A stretch of 64,000 bases of DNA from NCBI GenBank assembly GCA_045576095.1, contig JAZNFP010000055.1:8247-72246 (forward strand), given 5' to 3'. A program made the translations under genes and the position numbers. The notes below the pieces were generated by a model. That model searched no databases, was not told the DNA's origin, and saw only the letters and a list, made by a program, of their open reading frames with translations. Origin of the DNA: Eubacteriales bacterium (GTDB lineage: Bacteria > Bacillota > Clostridia > Oscillospirales > CAG-272). Positions 1-9,179 of the stretch are shown here, piece after piece. Each line of letters begins with the position of its first letter. Within the stretch, counting starts at the first letter, position 1.

Positions 1-171
1 CGTGTCAAAAAGCCGTCCGATCTCCTCGACCAGCATCAAAAGCACGAGCACAATTCCTGCCAGCGAAACGAGCATCGCCTGCTCGTCGCGCCCCGACTTT
101 CCAAGAATCTGGCAGGCAACCGAAACGAGCATCCCCACTCCTGCCACGCGCAGAACCAATCCGACGTCCAT
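1..171 (-). CDS. spoIIIAC: stage III sporulation protein AC (3' end runs off the window)
   Basis: Own minus-strand translation from ATG at 171: MDVGLVLRVAGVGMLVSVACQILGKSGRDEQAMLVSLAGIVLVLLMLVEEIGRLFDT. This is a two-TM SpoIIIAC-type peptide directly downstream of spoIIIAA-AB. It is too short/partial for the ORF track. Confidence 0.7.
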   Translation of the reverse strand, partial: MDVGLVLRVAGVGMLVSVACQILGKSGRDEQAMLVSLAGIVLVLLMLVEEIGRLFDT

Positions 172-185
172 CCTCTCACATCCTC

Positions 186-668
186 TCAAATGAAAACGAT
201 CACCAGCATCAGCATCCCCGTTACCACAAGCGACCGATGCAGGCGCAGCCGCCTTGGCGCCGCCGCACGAAGCGCCGCCGCCTCACGCGAGAGCTCTCCG
301 ATATAATACTCACAAAGTTCTGCTGCCGAGCCGCTGTCTCCCCGTCCGACGGCATCCGCAAGCTCCTTGAGCCGCTCCCGCAGATCCTCGGAGAGAACGA
401 GCGCAGAATCGGCTGCCGACAGCGCCTCTCCGAGGCTCCCCCTCTCCCGCAGATCCCGAAGAAGCCCAAGCTCTGCAAGCTCGCCGTCCGAGGCACTGCG
501 GTAGATCTCGTCAAGCGGCATCCGATAGCAGAGAATCATCGTCTTCATCCGACGGAGCAGTGCGGCAAGGGCGTCCACGCTTCGGATTTTTTTCTCCTCG
601 TGCTCGGCAAGCGCCCGACAGAGAACGAGCGCCACGGCAAAGAGAGAGATGACGCCGATCAGCCGCAT
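186..668 (-). CDS. spoIIIAB: stage III sporulation protein AB
   Basis: 160-aa ORF with an N-terminal TM helix. Size and position (overlapping the stop of spoIIIAA by 10 nt) fit SpoIIIAB. Confidence 0.75.
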   Translation of the reverse strand: MRLIGVISLFAVALVLCRALAEHEEKKIRSVDALAALLRRMKTMILCYRMPLDEIYRSASDGELAELGLLRDLRERGSLGEALSAADSALVLSEDLRERLKELADAVGRGDSGSAAELCEYYIGELSREAAALRAAAPRRLRLHRSLVVTGMLMLVIVFI

Positions 669-1573
669 ACGACCTCCTCGGCAACGTCTGCAAACGGTCT
701 GTCGATTCTGTAACGGTACTCCCCCGAGGGCATCCGCTCAATCCCAAGGAGAATTTTGAACACGCCGCGCGAAAGAAGCTCTCCGATCGGACTTCCCCGA
801 GCAAAGGCGGCGGGGGAATCCCCGTGCGCCGAGGCGACGAGCGGCACGCCCGCATACTGCACCGAAAGGATCGCCTCGGCATCGGCAGCTGAGCCGATCT
901 CGTCGCAGATCACAAGCTCGGGCGCAAGCGTGCGAACGGCAAGCTCAATCCCCTTTGCCTTCGGATAATCGGTCAGAATATCGACGAGCGCGCCGCGCGG
1001 AAGCTGACCGCAGTCCAGCTCTCCCCTGCTGTCCACGATCGCGACGCGCCTGGCGCTCCGCCCGACAGACAGGCGTCCCGCAAGCTCTCGCAGCAGCGTG
1101 GTTTTTCCGACGCCGGGCTTTGAGTAGACGAGCATCCCGACGCGAAAATCGCTCTCGGCAAGCGCCTCGTAGGCAAAGCGCTCGGCGCCGACGATCCGCC
1201 GCGCAAGGCGCACCGAAAGCGAGCGAACGTCGCGTACCGAGCTGACCCGTCCCCCGTCAAGGACGGCTCTTCCCGCGACCCCGACGCGGCATCCGCCGCC
1301 GATGCTGACGTAGCCCTCGGCGAGCGTTTCGGTATAGGCGTAAACCGAGCCGCGGCAGAAATAAAGCAGAGCGTCGGCAATCTCGCGCTCGTCAAGGACG
1401 ACCGTCAGAGGAAAATTCCTGCCCTCCAGCGTCAGCGAGGCAAGGCGCCCCGCCCGTACCCGAAGCTCCGAGATTCGCTCAAAAAGCTGTCCGTGACTCA
1501 GCGAAAGCGCCTCGATCGCACGGCTGAGGCGAATGGGAAAAGCAGGTAAAACGAGCTCTCGCAATACGTCCAT
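659..1573 (-). CDS. spoIIIAA: stage III sporulation protein AA (AAA-type ATPase)
   Basis: Walker A SKPGVGKTTLLRE and Walker B VICDEIG. Length about 300 aa, first gene of the spoIIIA operon. ATG at 1573 preferred over the upstream TTG. Confidence 0.85.
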   Translation of the reverse strand: MDVLRELVLPAFPIRLSRAIEALSLSHGQLFERISELRVRAGRLASLTLEGRNFPLTVVLDEREIADALLYFCRGSVYAYTETLAEGYVSIGGGCRVGVAGRAVLDGGRVSSVRDVRSLSVRLARRIVGAERFAYEALAESDFRVGMLVYSKPGVGKTTLLRELAGRLSVGRSARRVAIVDSRGELDCGQLPRGALVDILTDYPKAKGIELAVRTLAPELVICDEIGSAADAEAILSVQYAGVPLVASAHGDSPAAFARGSPIGELLSRGVFKILLGIERMPSGEYRYRIDRPFADVAEEVVCG

Positions 1574-1744
1574 ACGCAACCTTTCTGAAAAACAGATGGC
1601 AAAAATGCAAAAAAACCGTGATGCTGTCTCGCTTTTTCGACAAAAGTCTTGACATTTCGGGGTGAGTGTGCTATAATCGCTCTATTCCAAAATCAGACAG
1701 CATAAAAGAGACTGCGTGAAAGAGAGAAAAGGAGATCCTGCCCT

Positions 1745-1990
1745 ATGAAAGCAACCGGTATTGTACGCAAGATTGACGCGCTTGGGCGCGTTGTGATCCC
1801 AAAGGAGCTACGTGACAAAATGTATATCGAAGACGGAGATCCTCTTGAGATTTTTGTCGAGAACGACGCCATCGTCATTCAGAAGTACGCCGCTGTATGT
1901 GTGTTCTGTGGCTCGGGCGAGGATCTGAGACACTATAAGGGCAGAAACGTTTGCCGCTCCTGCACCGCCGAGCTCAAGAGCGAAATTTGA
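1745..1990 (+). CDS. abrB: AbrB/SpoVT-family transition-state regulator
   Basis: MKATGIVRKIDALGRVVIPKELR is the canonical SpoVT-AbrB swapped-hairpin N-terminus. 81 aa. Confidence 0.9.
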   Translation: MKATGIVRKIDALGRVVIPKELRDKMYIEDGDPLEIFVENDAIVIQKYAAVCVFCGSGEDLRHYKGRNVCRSCTAELKSEI

Positions 1991-2041
1991 TGCGCGGACA
2001 GGACCCGATGCTTCACTATATTCGTTTGTGAAAGAAGGTAT

Positions 2042-2082
2042 GCCATCCTTTGACGGAAAAGCCGTCTGGGATGGCGTTTTTT
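2042..2082 (+). terminator. rho-independent terminator after abrB
   Basis: Nested GC hairpin GCCATCC...GACGG-AAAA-GCCGTC...GGATGGC followed by TTTTTT. Confidence 0.7.
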
Positions 2083-2172
2083 GATCAAAAAAGCGAGCCT
2101 GTCTCAAATGCGCCATGCATTTGGGACAGGCTCGCTTAAATGGAAAGCCGAGCGGCTCGAAAAAGGAATGCG

Positions 2173-2445
2173 TTACAGCAGCTCAACGAAAAAGAGCACG
2201 GTGGAAAAGAGGAGCAGGATCGAAACGAACATCAGCTTATACCCGAAATTCTGCCGACAGCTGTTTTCTTCCCTGTTCTTGATCGTCTGAAAGAGCATCG
2301 CGAGCTCCACCGACAAGCAGGTGATATACGTAAGCACCGCCGAGACGGCGGGCTTGATCTCAAGCGTAACGGTGCTGTTCACCATCGCCATCACGGCGAT
2401 CATGACAACGGCAAGGATGCGAAAAAGATTCGTCAGAGGCTTCAT
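2173..2445 (-). CDS. small membrane protein, unknown function
   Basis: About 90 aa from the internal ATG (MKPLTNLFRILAVVMIAVMAM...), three hydrophobic segments, abuts the pfkA stop. No family recognised. Confidence 0.45.
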   Translation of the reverse strand: MKPLTNLFRILAVVMIAVMAMVNSTVTLEIKPAVSAVLTYITCLSVELAMLFQTIKNREENSCRQNFGYKLMFVSILLLFSTVLFFVELL

Positions 2446-2446
2446 A

Positions 2447-3511
2447 TCAAAGATTGAGATCGCAGGCGGTTTCATAGAGCGAGGCGAGCGAGGCGCGCTT
2501 TTCCTCACAGAAGGCGCGCATTTCGGAAATCTCCGCCTCGGTGAAGGGCGCAAGATCCCCGTCCTTCAGCTTGCCCTTATACATGCGGTCGAGAACGAGC
2601 GCATAGTTGATGTCGCAGGAAACGATTGCGCCCTTGCGCGTGCAAACGACGATGTCCGAGCGGCCCATGAGCAGCTGCCCCACGGCAAACTCGCCCATAC
2701 GCGAGGAAAGCACGCGGTCGCGCAGGGTGGGCGTACCGCCGCGCACGACGTGTGCAAGACGGGCAAAGCGCGTCTCAATGCCGGTTTCCGACTCGATCTT
2801 CTTGGTCAGAGTGGGACCGAGATCGTGCCCGACGCCCTCGCTGACGATCACGATGAAGTTTCTCTTGCCGAGCTTCTTTGAGTGCTTCATCTTCTCGATG
2901 ACAGCGTTCTCGTCGAAGGGAAACTCGGGGATAACGGCGGCGGTTGCGCCCGAGGCAATCGCGGTATTGAGAGCAATATCTCCGGCGCCCCGTCCCATCA
3001 CCTCAACGACGTTGCACCGTGCGTGCGACTCGCAGGTGTCCCTCAGGCGATCCACCATCTCAATGACGGTATTCATCGCGGTATCAAAGCCGATCGTCTC
3101 GTCGGTCGAGGTAATATCGTTATCAATCGTGCCGGGCAGTCCTACGCAGGGAACTCCGTAATGAGTCAGCTCGGTTGCACCTCGGAAGGTTCCGTCTCCT
3201 CCGATGGCAACGATGCCGTCAATCCCGAAGCGGCGGCAGGTATCAACCGCTTTCTTCATTCCCTCCTCGGTCTTGAACTCGGGGCAACGGTCGGAATAAA
3301 GCATGGTTCCGCCGTGATTGATGCAGTTTGAAACGTCACGCAGACCGAGCGGACGGATGTCGCCGTTGATAAGTCCGCTGTAGCCGCGGTAAATGCCCAT
3401 CACCTCAACGCCGCGTGCAAGCGCGGTACGCGTAACGGCACGGATCGCCGCATTCATACCGGGAGCGTCTCCACCCGAGGTGAGAACGCCGATTCTTTTA
3501 AATTCTTTCAT
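2447..3511 (-). CDS. pfkA: ATP-dependent 6-phosphofructokinase
   Basis: MKEFKRIGVLTSGGDAPGMNAAIRAV and GLPGTIDND motifs. 354 aa from the internal ATG. The long N-terminal extension in the ORF track is Arg/Pro-rich junk. Confidence 0.93.
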   Translation of the reverse strand: MKEFKRIGVLTSGGDAPGMNAAIRAVTRTALARGVEVMGIYRGYSGLINGDIRPLGLRDVSNCINHGGTMLYSDRCPEFKTEEGMKKAVDTCRRFGIDGIVAIGGDGTFRGATELTHYGVPCVGLPGTIDNDITSTDETIGFDTAMNTVIEMVDRLRDTCESHARCNVVEVMGRGAGDIALNTAIASGATAAVIPEFPFDENAVIEKMKHSKKLGKRNFIVIVSEGVGHDLGPTLTKKIESETGIETRFARLAHVVRGGTPTLRDRVLSSRMGEFAVGQLLMGRSDIVVCTRKGAIVSCDINYALVLDRMYKGKLKDGDLAPFTEAEISEMRAFCEEKRASLASLYETACDLNL

Positions 3512-3533
3512 GGTTACTTGGTTCCTTTCAGGA

Positions 3534-4016
3534 TCAAAAAGCTTGATGATCTTGTAAATAGCGGAAAAGATGCGAGATGGCGGCGGAAACGGCTTGCCGA
3601 CGGATTCCGTCGCGGTCGCCCGGGAAGGTCTCGCGGAAAACCCTCGTTCCCCACTTTCCCGACACGCCGATAAAAACGCGGCCGACGGGAGTCTCGGGGG
3701 TACCGCCCAGAGGACCTGCCACTCCCGTGGTCGAGACGGCAAGGTCGCTTCCGAGCGCCCTTCGCGCCCCCTCTGCCATCGCCTCGGCAACCTCGCTTGA
3801 CACGACGCCGAAGCGCGAAATGCTCTCGGGGGAAACGCCGAGCAAACTCGACTTGACACGGGGATCGTACGCGACGATGCCGCCGCAAAAAACACGGCTT
3901 GCGCCCGAAACCGAGACGATCTCCGAGGCGATCGCGCCGCCCGTGCAGGATTCGGCACTTGAAAGCGTCAGGCCCGCATCGGCAAGTGCCTTCAGCAGCT
4001 TCTCTGTTTCAGTCAC
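3534..4016 (-). CDS. CinA C-terminal-domain protein / nicotinamide-nucleotide amidohydrolase PncC-like
   Basis: LTLSSAESCTGGAIAS...GVAGPLGG motifs of the CinA/PncC family. Stand-alone domain; GTG start at 4016 is inferred. Confidence 0.75.
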   Translation of the reverse strand: MTETEKLLKALADAGLTLSSAESCTGGAIASEIVSVSGASRVFCGGIVAYDPRVKSSLLGVSPESISRFGVVSSEVAEAMAEGARRALGSDLAVSTTGVAGPLGGTPETPVGRVFIGVSGKWGTRVFRETFPGDRDGIRRQAVSAAISHLFRYLQDHQAF

Positions 4017-4920
4017 GGCCCTCACAGACCCCTTTCTCACCGCGCAGAATCTCAATCATGCGAGACGCCGCAACCGATAGCGGCAGACGGCGAAGGTATA
4101 CCACGTAAAAGCGGCGCTCGGGGATCGGCTCGGCAAGATCAAGCCGCACCACCCGTCCCTCTCGCAGGGCGTCGAGGGCGAAATCCTCAACGATTGAGGC
4201 AACGCCGATGCCGCGCTCGGCAAAGGCGAGAAGAAGATCGCTCGTTGCCAGCTCGATCGAGGGCTTTGGAAAATCGGGACCGAGCCAGGTATCGACGTAC
4301 CGTCTCGTAGACGTATGCCGCTCGAGCATCATCAAGGGAAGCTCGGCAAGCCGTTGGCGCGAAACCCCGCGCTCCTCGGTCACCGAAAGCGTCGGCGCGG
4401 CGATAAAGATATCGCTGATGCTGCGGACGGCAAAGAGCTCAAGGTCGCGGTGGTCGCTTCCGGGAAGCGGCTCGCTGATAACGCCGAAGTCGATCAGCCC
4501 CGAGCGGATCGCGTCAAGGGTCTTTGGCGTCGGGTTGTTGGTAACGGTCAGGCGCACCTCGGGATACAGGCGGCGAAAGTCGGCGATATAGTCGAGCAAA
4601 AAGAATCGCAGCGTCATATCCGACGCGCCGATTCGGAGCGTACCGCTCCGAAGTCCGCCGATCTCGCGGAGCTTCTCCTCGCCTGCCTCAACGATGGAAA
4701 AGGCCTTCTTGATATAATCGTACAGCACGCTCCCCTCCTGCGTGAGCGTCACGCCGCGGTTGGAGCGGAAAAAGAGCTTGACCTTCAAGGCCGCCTCGAG
4801 TGCGGCGATCTCCGCACTGACGGCAGGCTGAGAAACGTAAAGCCTTTTCGCCGCCTCGGAGACGCTTTTGCTCTCGGCGGTTGCAAGGAAGGTGCGGTAA
4901 CGGTCAATATTGTCAATCAT
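4009..4920 (-). CDS. LysR-family transcriptional regulator
   Basis: N-terminal HTH ([24 protein letters not shown]) plus a LysR substrate-binding domain. The ATG overlaps the glyA stop (ATGA). Confidence 0.85.
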   Translation of the reverse strand: MIDNIDRYRTFLATAESKSVSEAAKRLYVSQPAVSAEIAALEAALKVKLFFRSNRGVTLTQEGSVLYDYIKKAFSIVEAGEEKLREIGGLRSGTLRIGASDMTLRFFLLDYIADFRRLYPEVRLTVTNNPTPKTLDAIRSGLIDFGVISEPLPGSDHRDLELFAVRSISDIFIAAPTLSVTEERGVSRQRLAELPLMMLERHTSTRRYVDTWLGPDFPKPSIELATSDLLLAFAERGIGVASIVEDFALDALREGRVVRLDLAEPIPERRFYVVYLRRLPLSVAASRMIEILRGEKGVCEGRD

Positions 4921-6167
4921 GCATTCGGATAAAGCGGAAAGCGGCGGCAAAGCTCGGCAACGGTTGCGCGAACCTCGTCGGCGGTGCCCTCAAAATCCGA
5001 TGCCGTCTTGGCGATGCAGTCGGCGATGATTCTCATCTCGGCCTCCTTCATGCCGCGGGTCGTGACGGCAGGAGTGCCGACGCGAATGCCGCTGGTGACA
5101 AAGGGCTTCTCGGGATCGTTCGGAATGGCGTTCTTATTGACGGTGATATGCACCTGGTCAAGACGCTTTTCCAGCTCCTTGCCCGTAATTGAGAAGGGAC
5201 GGAGATCGACGAGCATCAGATGGTTGTCGGTGCCGCCCGAAACGAGGCGGAATCCCTTTTCGAGAAGTGCCTCGGCAAGCGCCGCCGCGTTCTTTGCGAC
5301 CTGCTCCTGATAGGTGCGGAACTCCTCGGTCAATGCCTCTCCGAAGCAAACCGCCTTCGCGGCAATCACGTGAAGCAGAGGGCCACCCTGAATGCCGGGG
5401 AAAATCGCCTTGTTGATCTTCTTTGCAATCTCCTCGCTGTTGGTCAGAATCAGACCGCCGCGCGGACCGCGCAGAGTCTTATGGGTCGTTGTGGTAACGA
5501 CGTCGGCATAGGGGATCGGCGAGGGATGCACGCCTGCCGCAACGAGGCCTGCGATGTGCGCCATATCCACCATCAGAAGCGCGCCGTTGTCATGCGCGAT
5601 CTTGGCAAGACGCTCAAAGTCGATCACGCGGGGATATGCCGATGCGCCGGCAACGATCAGCTTCGGATGATGCTCCTTGGCAAGACGCTCGACCGCCTCG
5701 TAATCCAGACGCTCGCCGGCATCCAGGCCGTAGGAAATAAAGTTGTAATAGAGGCCCGAGAGGTTGACGGGGCTTCCGTGCGTGAGATGTCCGCCCTCCG
5801 CAAGGCTCATACCGAGCACCGTATCGCCCTTCTCAAGCAGCGCCACGTAAACGGCAGTGTTCGCCTGCGAGCCGCTATGGGGCTGGACGTTGGCATACGC
5901 CGCACCAAACAGCTTCTTTGCGCGCTCGATAGCAATATTCTCAACGACGTCCACGCACTCGCATCCGCCGTAATATCTCTTTCCGGGATAGCCCTCGGCA
6001 TACTTGTTGGTCAGAATCGTTCCCGCCGCCAGCAACACGGCCTCGGAAACGACGTTCTCGGAGGCGATCAGCTCAATGCCGTTGCACTCGCGCCGATACT
6101 CCGACTCCACTGCCGCGCCAATCTCGCCATCAAGGGACGAAAGCCTTTTCATCTGCTCGGTAATCAT
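4917..6167 (-). CDS. glyA: serine hydroxymethyltransferase
   Basis: [23 protein letters not shown] and [13 protein letters not shown] (PLP lysine) motifs. The second ATG is preceded by GGAGG. Confidence 0.95.
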   Translation of the reverse strand: MITEQMKRLSSLDGEIGAAVESEYRRECNGIELIASENVVSEAVLLAAGTILTNKYAEGYPGKRYYGGCECVDVVENIAIERAKKLFGAAYANVQPHSGSQANTAVYVALLEKGDTVLGMSLAEGGHLTHGSPVNLSGLYYNFISYGLDAGERLDYEAVERLAKEHHPKLIVAGASAYPRVIDFERLAKIAHDNGALLMVDMAHIAGLVAAGVHPSPIPYADVVTTTTHKTLRGPRGGLILTNSEEIAKKINKAIFPGIQGGPLLHVIAAKAVCFGEALTEEFRTYQEQVAKNAAALAEALLEKGFRLVSGGTDNHLMLVDLRPFSITGKELEKRLDQVHITVNKNAIPNDPEKPFVTSGIRVGTPAVTTRGMKEAEMRIIADCIAKTASDFEGTADEVRATVAELCRRFPLYPNA

Positions 6168-6283
6168 AGTTTCCTCCATGCATTATGCATTTATTTTATC
6201 ATGTCCGAAATTACGTCAGGATATATTATACTACAACATTTAAGAAGTTGCAAGAAGAATACCGAAAAAAATGCGGAATTTTA

Positions 6284-6320
6284 AGAAAAAAAGCGCCGCA
6301 AAAGCGACGCTTCCTTTTTT
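6284..6320 (-). terminator. rho-independent terminator (diverged duplicate of the tRNA-Gly terminator)
   Basis: AAGCGUCGC-UUUU-GCGGCGCUU hairpin (one G-U pair on the minus strand) followed by a U-run. Confidence 0.65.
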
Positions 6321-6426
6321 GGAGCGGACTTGGGGGCTCGATTCTCGCGCGAACTGCGCGCTCGGTCTTCCTCGGTCGCGGACGTCCACCGGAAGTCCGC
6401 TCTGTACCGATTCCCTTTCGAGCCCC
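6320..6426 (-). ncRNA. tRNA-like structured element of unknown function (not a canonical tRNA)
   Basis: Ends in ...UCGAGCCCCCAAGUCCGCUCCA, close to the tRNA-Gly T-loop/acceptor 3' end. It has a 7-bp acceptor-like stem GCGGACU/AGUCCGC and its own terminator, but no foldable D or anticodon arm. Confidence 0.35.
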
Positions 6427-6433
6427 TTCATCT

Positions 6434-6470
6434 AAAAAGGAAGCGTCGCAAAAGCGACGCTTCCTTTTTT
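6434..6470 (-). terminator. rho-independent (bidirectional) terminator after tRNA-Gly
   Basis: Perfect hairpin GGAAGCGTCGC-AAAA-GCGACGCTTCC flanked by A-run and T-run. Confidence 0.8.
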
Positions 6471-6546
6471 TGGAGCGGATTACGGGGCTCGAACCCGCCA
6501 CCTTCGCCTTGGCAAGGCGACGCTCTACCAAATGAGCTAAATCCGC
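6471..6546 (-). tRNA. tRNA-Gly (GCC)
   Basis: Hand-folded cloverleaf. Anticodon loop UUGCCAA, T-loop UUCGAGC, encoded CCA. Confidence 0.9.
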
Positions 6547-6549
6547 ATA

Positions 6550-6625
<76 letters not shown>

Positions 6626-6630
6626 GAAGA

Positions 6631-6707
6631 TGGCGACCCGGATGGGGCTCGAACCCACGACCTCCGCCGTGACAGGGCGGCGCTCTAACCAACTGAGCTA
6701 CCAGGCC
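6631..6707 (-). tRNA. tRNA-Asp (GUC)
   Basis: Hand-folded cloverleaf. Anticodon stem CCGCC/GGCGG with loop CUGUCAC, encoded CCA. Confidence 0.9.
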
Positions 6708-6728
6708 ATATGCTCGGGACGATCCTTT

Positions 6729-6804
6729 TGGTGGGAACAACAGGGCTCGAACCTATGACCCTCTGCTTGTAAGGCAGATGCTCTCCCAACTGAGCTATGC
6801 TCCC
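6729..6804 (-). tRNA. tRNA-Val (UAC)
   Basis: Hand-folded cloverleaf. Anticodon loop CUUACAA, encoded CCA. Confidence 0.9.
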
Positions 6805-6876
6805 ATGTCGATCGTCCCGACAGCCTTGATATTATAACAATCTTTTTGGGTTTTGTCAATAGGTTTTCTGAAAAAA

Positions 6877-7440
6877 TTATTTTTCTTTAAGAAAAACGAT
6901 CCTGTCAATCACAACGTCGGTCTCCGGGAAGTCGCCTGAGTCGGTTTCCACGGCGGCGATGGCGTCAACGATCTCCATGCCCGAAAGCACGCGCCCGAAG
7001 GCGGCGTAATAGCCGTCGAGGTGCGGACTGTCGCTCTGCACGATAAAGAACTGCGAGCTCGCCGAATTCGGAAAGCTCGTTCTCGCCATTGAGATCACGC
7101 CGCGCGTATGGAGCAGATCGTTGGGATACCCGTTTGCGGCAAACTCGCCGTAGATCGCATCGGCTTTCTCCCCCTTTGCCGAGATGCCGCCCTGAATCAT
7201 GAAGTCGGCGATGACACGGTGAAAAAGGCTCCCCTCGTAAAAGCCGCTTGCAACGAGATTTTTGAAATTTTCAACCGTTTTCGGCGCCACGTCGGGATAG
7301 AGCGCGACGACGATGCTTCCGTAGTCACGCACGCAAATCTCAACGACGTTGCTCTTTTCGGGCTTCCCGCAGGAAACAAGCGGCACCGCGAGGGCACACA
7401 AAAGCAAAACGAGAAGAAAAAGCGAAACGACCTTGCGCAT
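6877..7440 (-). CDS. peptidyl-prolyl cis-trans isomerase (cyclophilin type), lipoprotein
   Basis: FHRVIADFMIQGG and SQFFI cyclophilin motifs. Signal peptide with lipobox LVSC. 187 aa from the internal ATG. Confidence 0.9.
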   Translation of the reverse strand: MRKVVSLFLLVLLLCALAVPLVSCGKPEKSNVVEICVRDYGSIVVALYPDVAPKTVENFKNLVASGFYEGSLFHRVIADFMIQGGISAKGEKADAIYGEFAANGYPNDLLHTRGVISMARTSFPNSASSQFFIVQSDSPHLDGYYAAFGRVLSGMEIVDAIAAVETDSGDFPETDVVIDRIVFLKEK

Positions 7441-7621
7441 ATTTTCATCCACCCCCAGCTTATATGCGCTTATTGTACCACAGCAAGAGAGAGCTGTCAA
7501 GAGAAGACGGCCGGCTTTTTGGCGGCAATCCTTGACTTCGGCGTGCCCGTATGGTACAATGGATGCAGAAGCCGAAAGCCGGCTCGGAGCCCGCGCAGCT
7601 CGATACGCAAAGGAGTGCTTC

Positions 7622-8308
7622 ATGAGAAAAAACGGTTTGGCAGCTTGTCTTGCCCTTTTACTTTTGTCCCTTTTTCTGCTCGCGTCCTGTGCCCTTCTGA
7701 CGCCGACCGAGACCACTTCGCCGAAGACCACGCCGCCCGAAACCGCACCGCCCGAGGAGGTCTCTGCCCTGACGGCTCTGCAGGCGCTTTTCGACGGAGC
7801 GAGCCCCGATACCGTCGTATGCACGGTCGTTTACGAGGATCCGAGGATCGGGTTTCCTCTCAGTGCCGAAACCGCCCTTTCCTTTGACGGAGAGCTCGGC
7901 GTTCTGACCTATCGCTATGACATGCCGAGCCCGATCGGCACGGGAGAGTTTCTCTCAAGCGTTTCGGGAAGTGCCTCGGGCAATCTTTCCGCCCTTTCAT
8001 CGGCGCTCTCGGGGGCGGCATCCTGGGTATGGAGCGCGACGGTCGGCGTATCGTATCCGAGCATCCGTCTCGAGCAAGCGTATCTCGAATCCGTACAAAT
8101 CACAGAGGATGCCGACGGTCTGCTTCTGACGGCGACTCCGACAGACGGGAGCGAGGCAAGCCTTGTCGGCATTGCGCTCAGCGGAGCCTCGAATATGACT
8201 CTCAAGGTTCGATTCACTGAGGACGAGATCACCGAGATCGGACTTGAATACACGCTCGACGGTGCCGCATACCGCGTAACGGCGGTCTTCTCCGAGTCCA
8301 ACGACTGA
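7622..8308 (+). CDS. putative lipoprotein, unknown function
   Basis: AAAGGAG RBS, MRKNGLAACLALLLLSLFLLASC lipobox, Thr/Pro-rich linker. No family recognised. Confidence 0.6.
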   Translation: MRKNGLAACLALLLLSLFLLASCALLTPTETTSPKTTPPETAPPEEVSALTALQALFDGASPDTVVCTVVYEDPRIGFPLSAETALSFDGELGVLTYRYDMPSPIGTGEFLSSVSGSASGNLSALSSALSGAASWVWSATVGVSYPSIRLEQAYLESVQITEDADGLLLTATPTDGSEASLVGIALSGASNMTLKVRFTEDEITEIGLEYTLDGAAYRVTAVFSESND

Positions 8309-8321
8309 AGCCCTCAAAAGC

Positions 8322-8363
8322 GGAGGCTGTCAAAATGAAGGAGTTTTCATTTTGACAGCCTCC
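8322..8363. terminator. bidirectional terminator between convergent genes
   Basis: Perfect long hairpin GGAGGCTGTCAAAATGAA...TTCATTTTGACAGCCTCC. Confidence 0.7.
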
Positions 8364-8370
8364 GTTCGGC

Positions 8371-9042
8371 TCAAAAATCGAAATCGTCGAGGTGCTCGCG
8401 GATATGGGAAAGGAGTGCATCCTCCACCGTGCGGCGGTGACGGGAAAGGGCACGCTTGACAGACTCCGGAGCTCCGCCCATGCTCCGCGCCGCTTGCGAA
8501 AGGATCTCGGCGGGAGCCGAAAGCCCAAAGCGCGAAAGCCCCTCGGTCAGCTCGAAAAGGAGCGTGCTCGGCTCAAAAAGCAGCCTCCGCCAATCCGCCT
8601 CGGATGCCGAATCGAGAAATACCAAAAGAAGATAGGGGGCGAGGATCGGCACGAGCGGCGGCAAAAGGTCCTGCCGCCTGCCCGAGCGCAGATAAGCACG
8701 GTAATATCCGTCGAGCCGCTCACGCACCAAAGTCACGTCAAGCGCCTCGATCGGCAGATTCCGCCCGGCTGCTCGGTCGTAGAGAAACAGATTCCGCCGC
8801 TCGCCTGCGGCGATCGCGGCGATAAGAGAAATCCAAAGCAGCGCTCCAAGAAGGGTGCAAAGAGCACCCCCGACCACCGCAAGAATGCGGCCGACGCTTC
8901 GGTCAAAGGAAAAGGCACCCCGAAAAAGAAGCACCGCGCAGACGGTCAGGGCGGCAGCCGTGAAAAAAAGGAGAAGGCTTGCCGAGGCTTTGCCGTTATC
9001 CGTTTTTCTTTTCATGCCGTCCTCTCCTTTCTCTTTCTTCAT
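8371..9042 (-). CDS. membrane protein, unknown function
   Basis: Two to three N-terminal TM helices, then a soluble Arg/Leu-rich domain. Start uncertain (ATG at 9042 or 9015). Confidence 0.5.
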   Translation of the reverse strand: MKKEKGEDGMKRKTDNGKASASLLLFFTAAALTVCAVLLFRGAFSFDRSVGRILAVVGGALCTLLGALLWISLIAAIAAGERRNLFLYDRAAGRNLPIEALDVTLVRERLDGYYRAYLRSGRRQDLLPPLVPILAPYLLLVFLDSASEADWRRLLFEPSTLLFELTEGLSRFGLSAPAEILSQAARSMGGAPESVKRALSRHRRTVEDALLSHIREHLDDFDF

Positions 9043-9179
9043 ATCTTTAAATAAATTGACGCAAGCCTTGCATTTTCGAAGAAAATCGATTATGATATAT
9101 ATGTTATATAAAAAAAGCGGCTCTGTCAAGAGCCTTTTTCGAAAAATCCGTTGCCGAAAACAAAGGAGGCGTTTACTGC

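Noticed and set aside
3480-3545. Apparent one-base discrepancies between my manual reading of the sequence lines and the ORF-track frame at the pfkA start
   Set aside because: The ORF-track translation is internally consistent and gives a canonical PfkA N-terminus. I attribute the discrepancy to my own character counting and used the ORF-track coordinates.
6284-6470. Duplicated hairpins as a CRISPR array, or the tRNA-like unit as tRNA-Sec or SRP 4.5S RNA
   Set aside because: There are only two repeat copies, and each is a palindromic terminator followed by a T-run. No UCA anticodon loop or 8/5 acceptor/T geometry is present for tRNA-Sec. The SRP domain IV core (GGAA tetraloop with flanking AGCA/AGG) is also absent.
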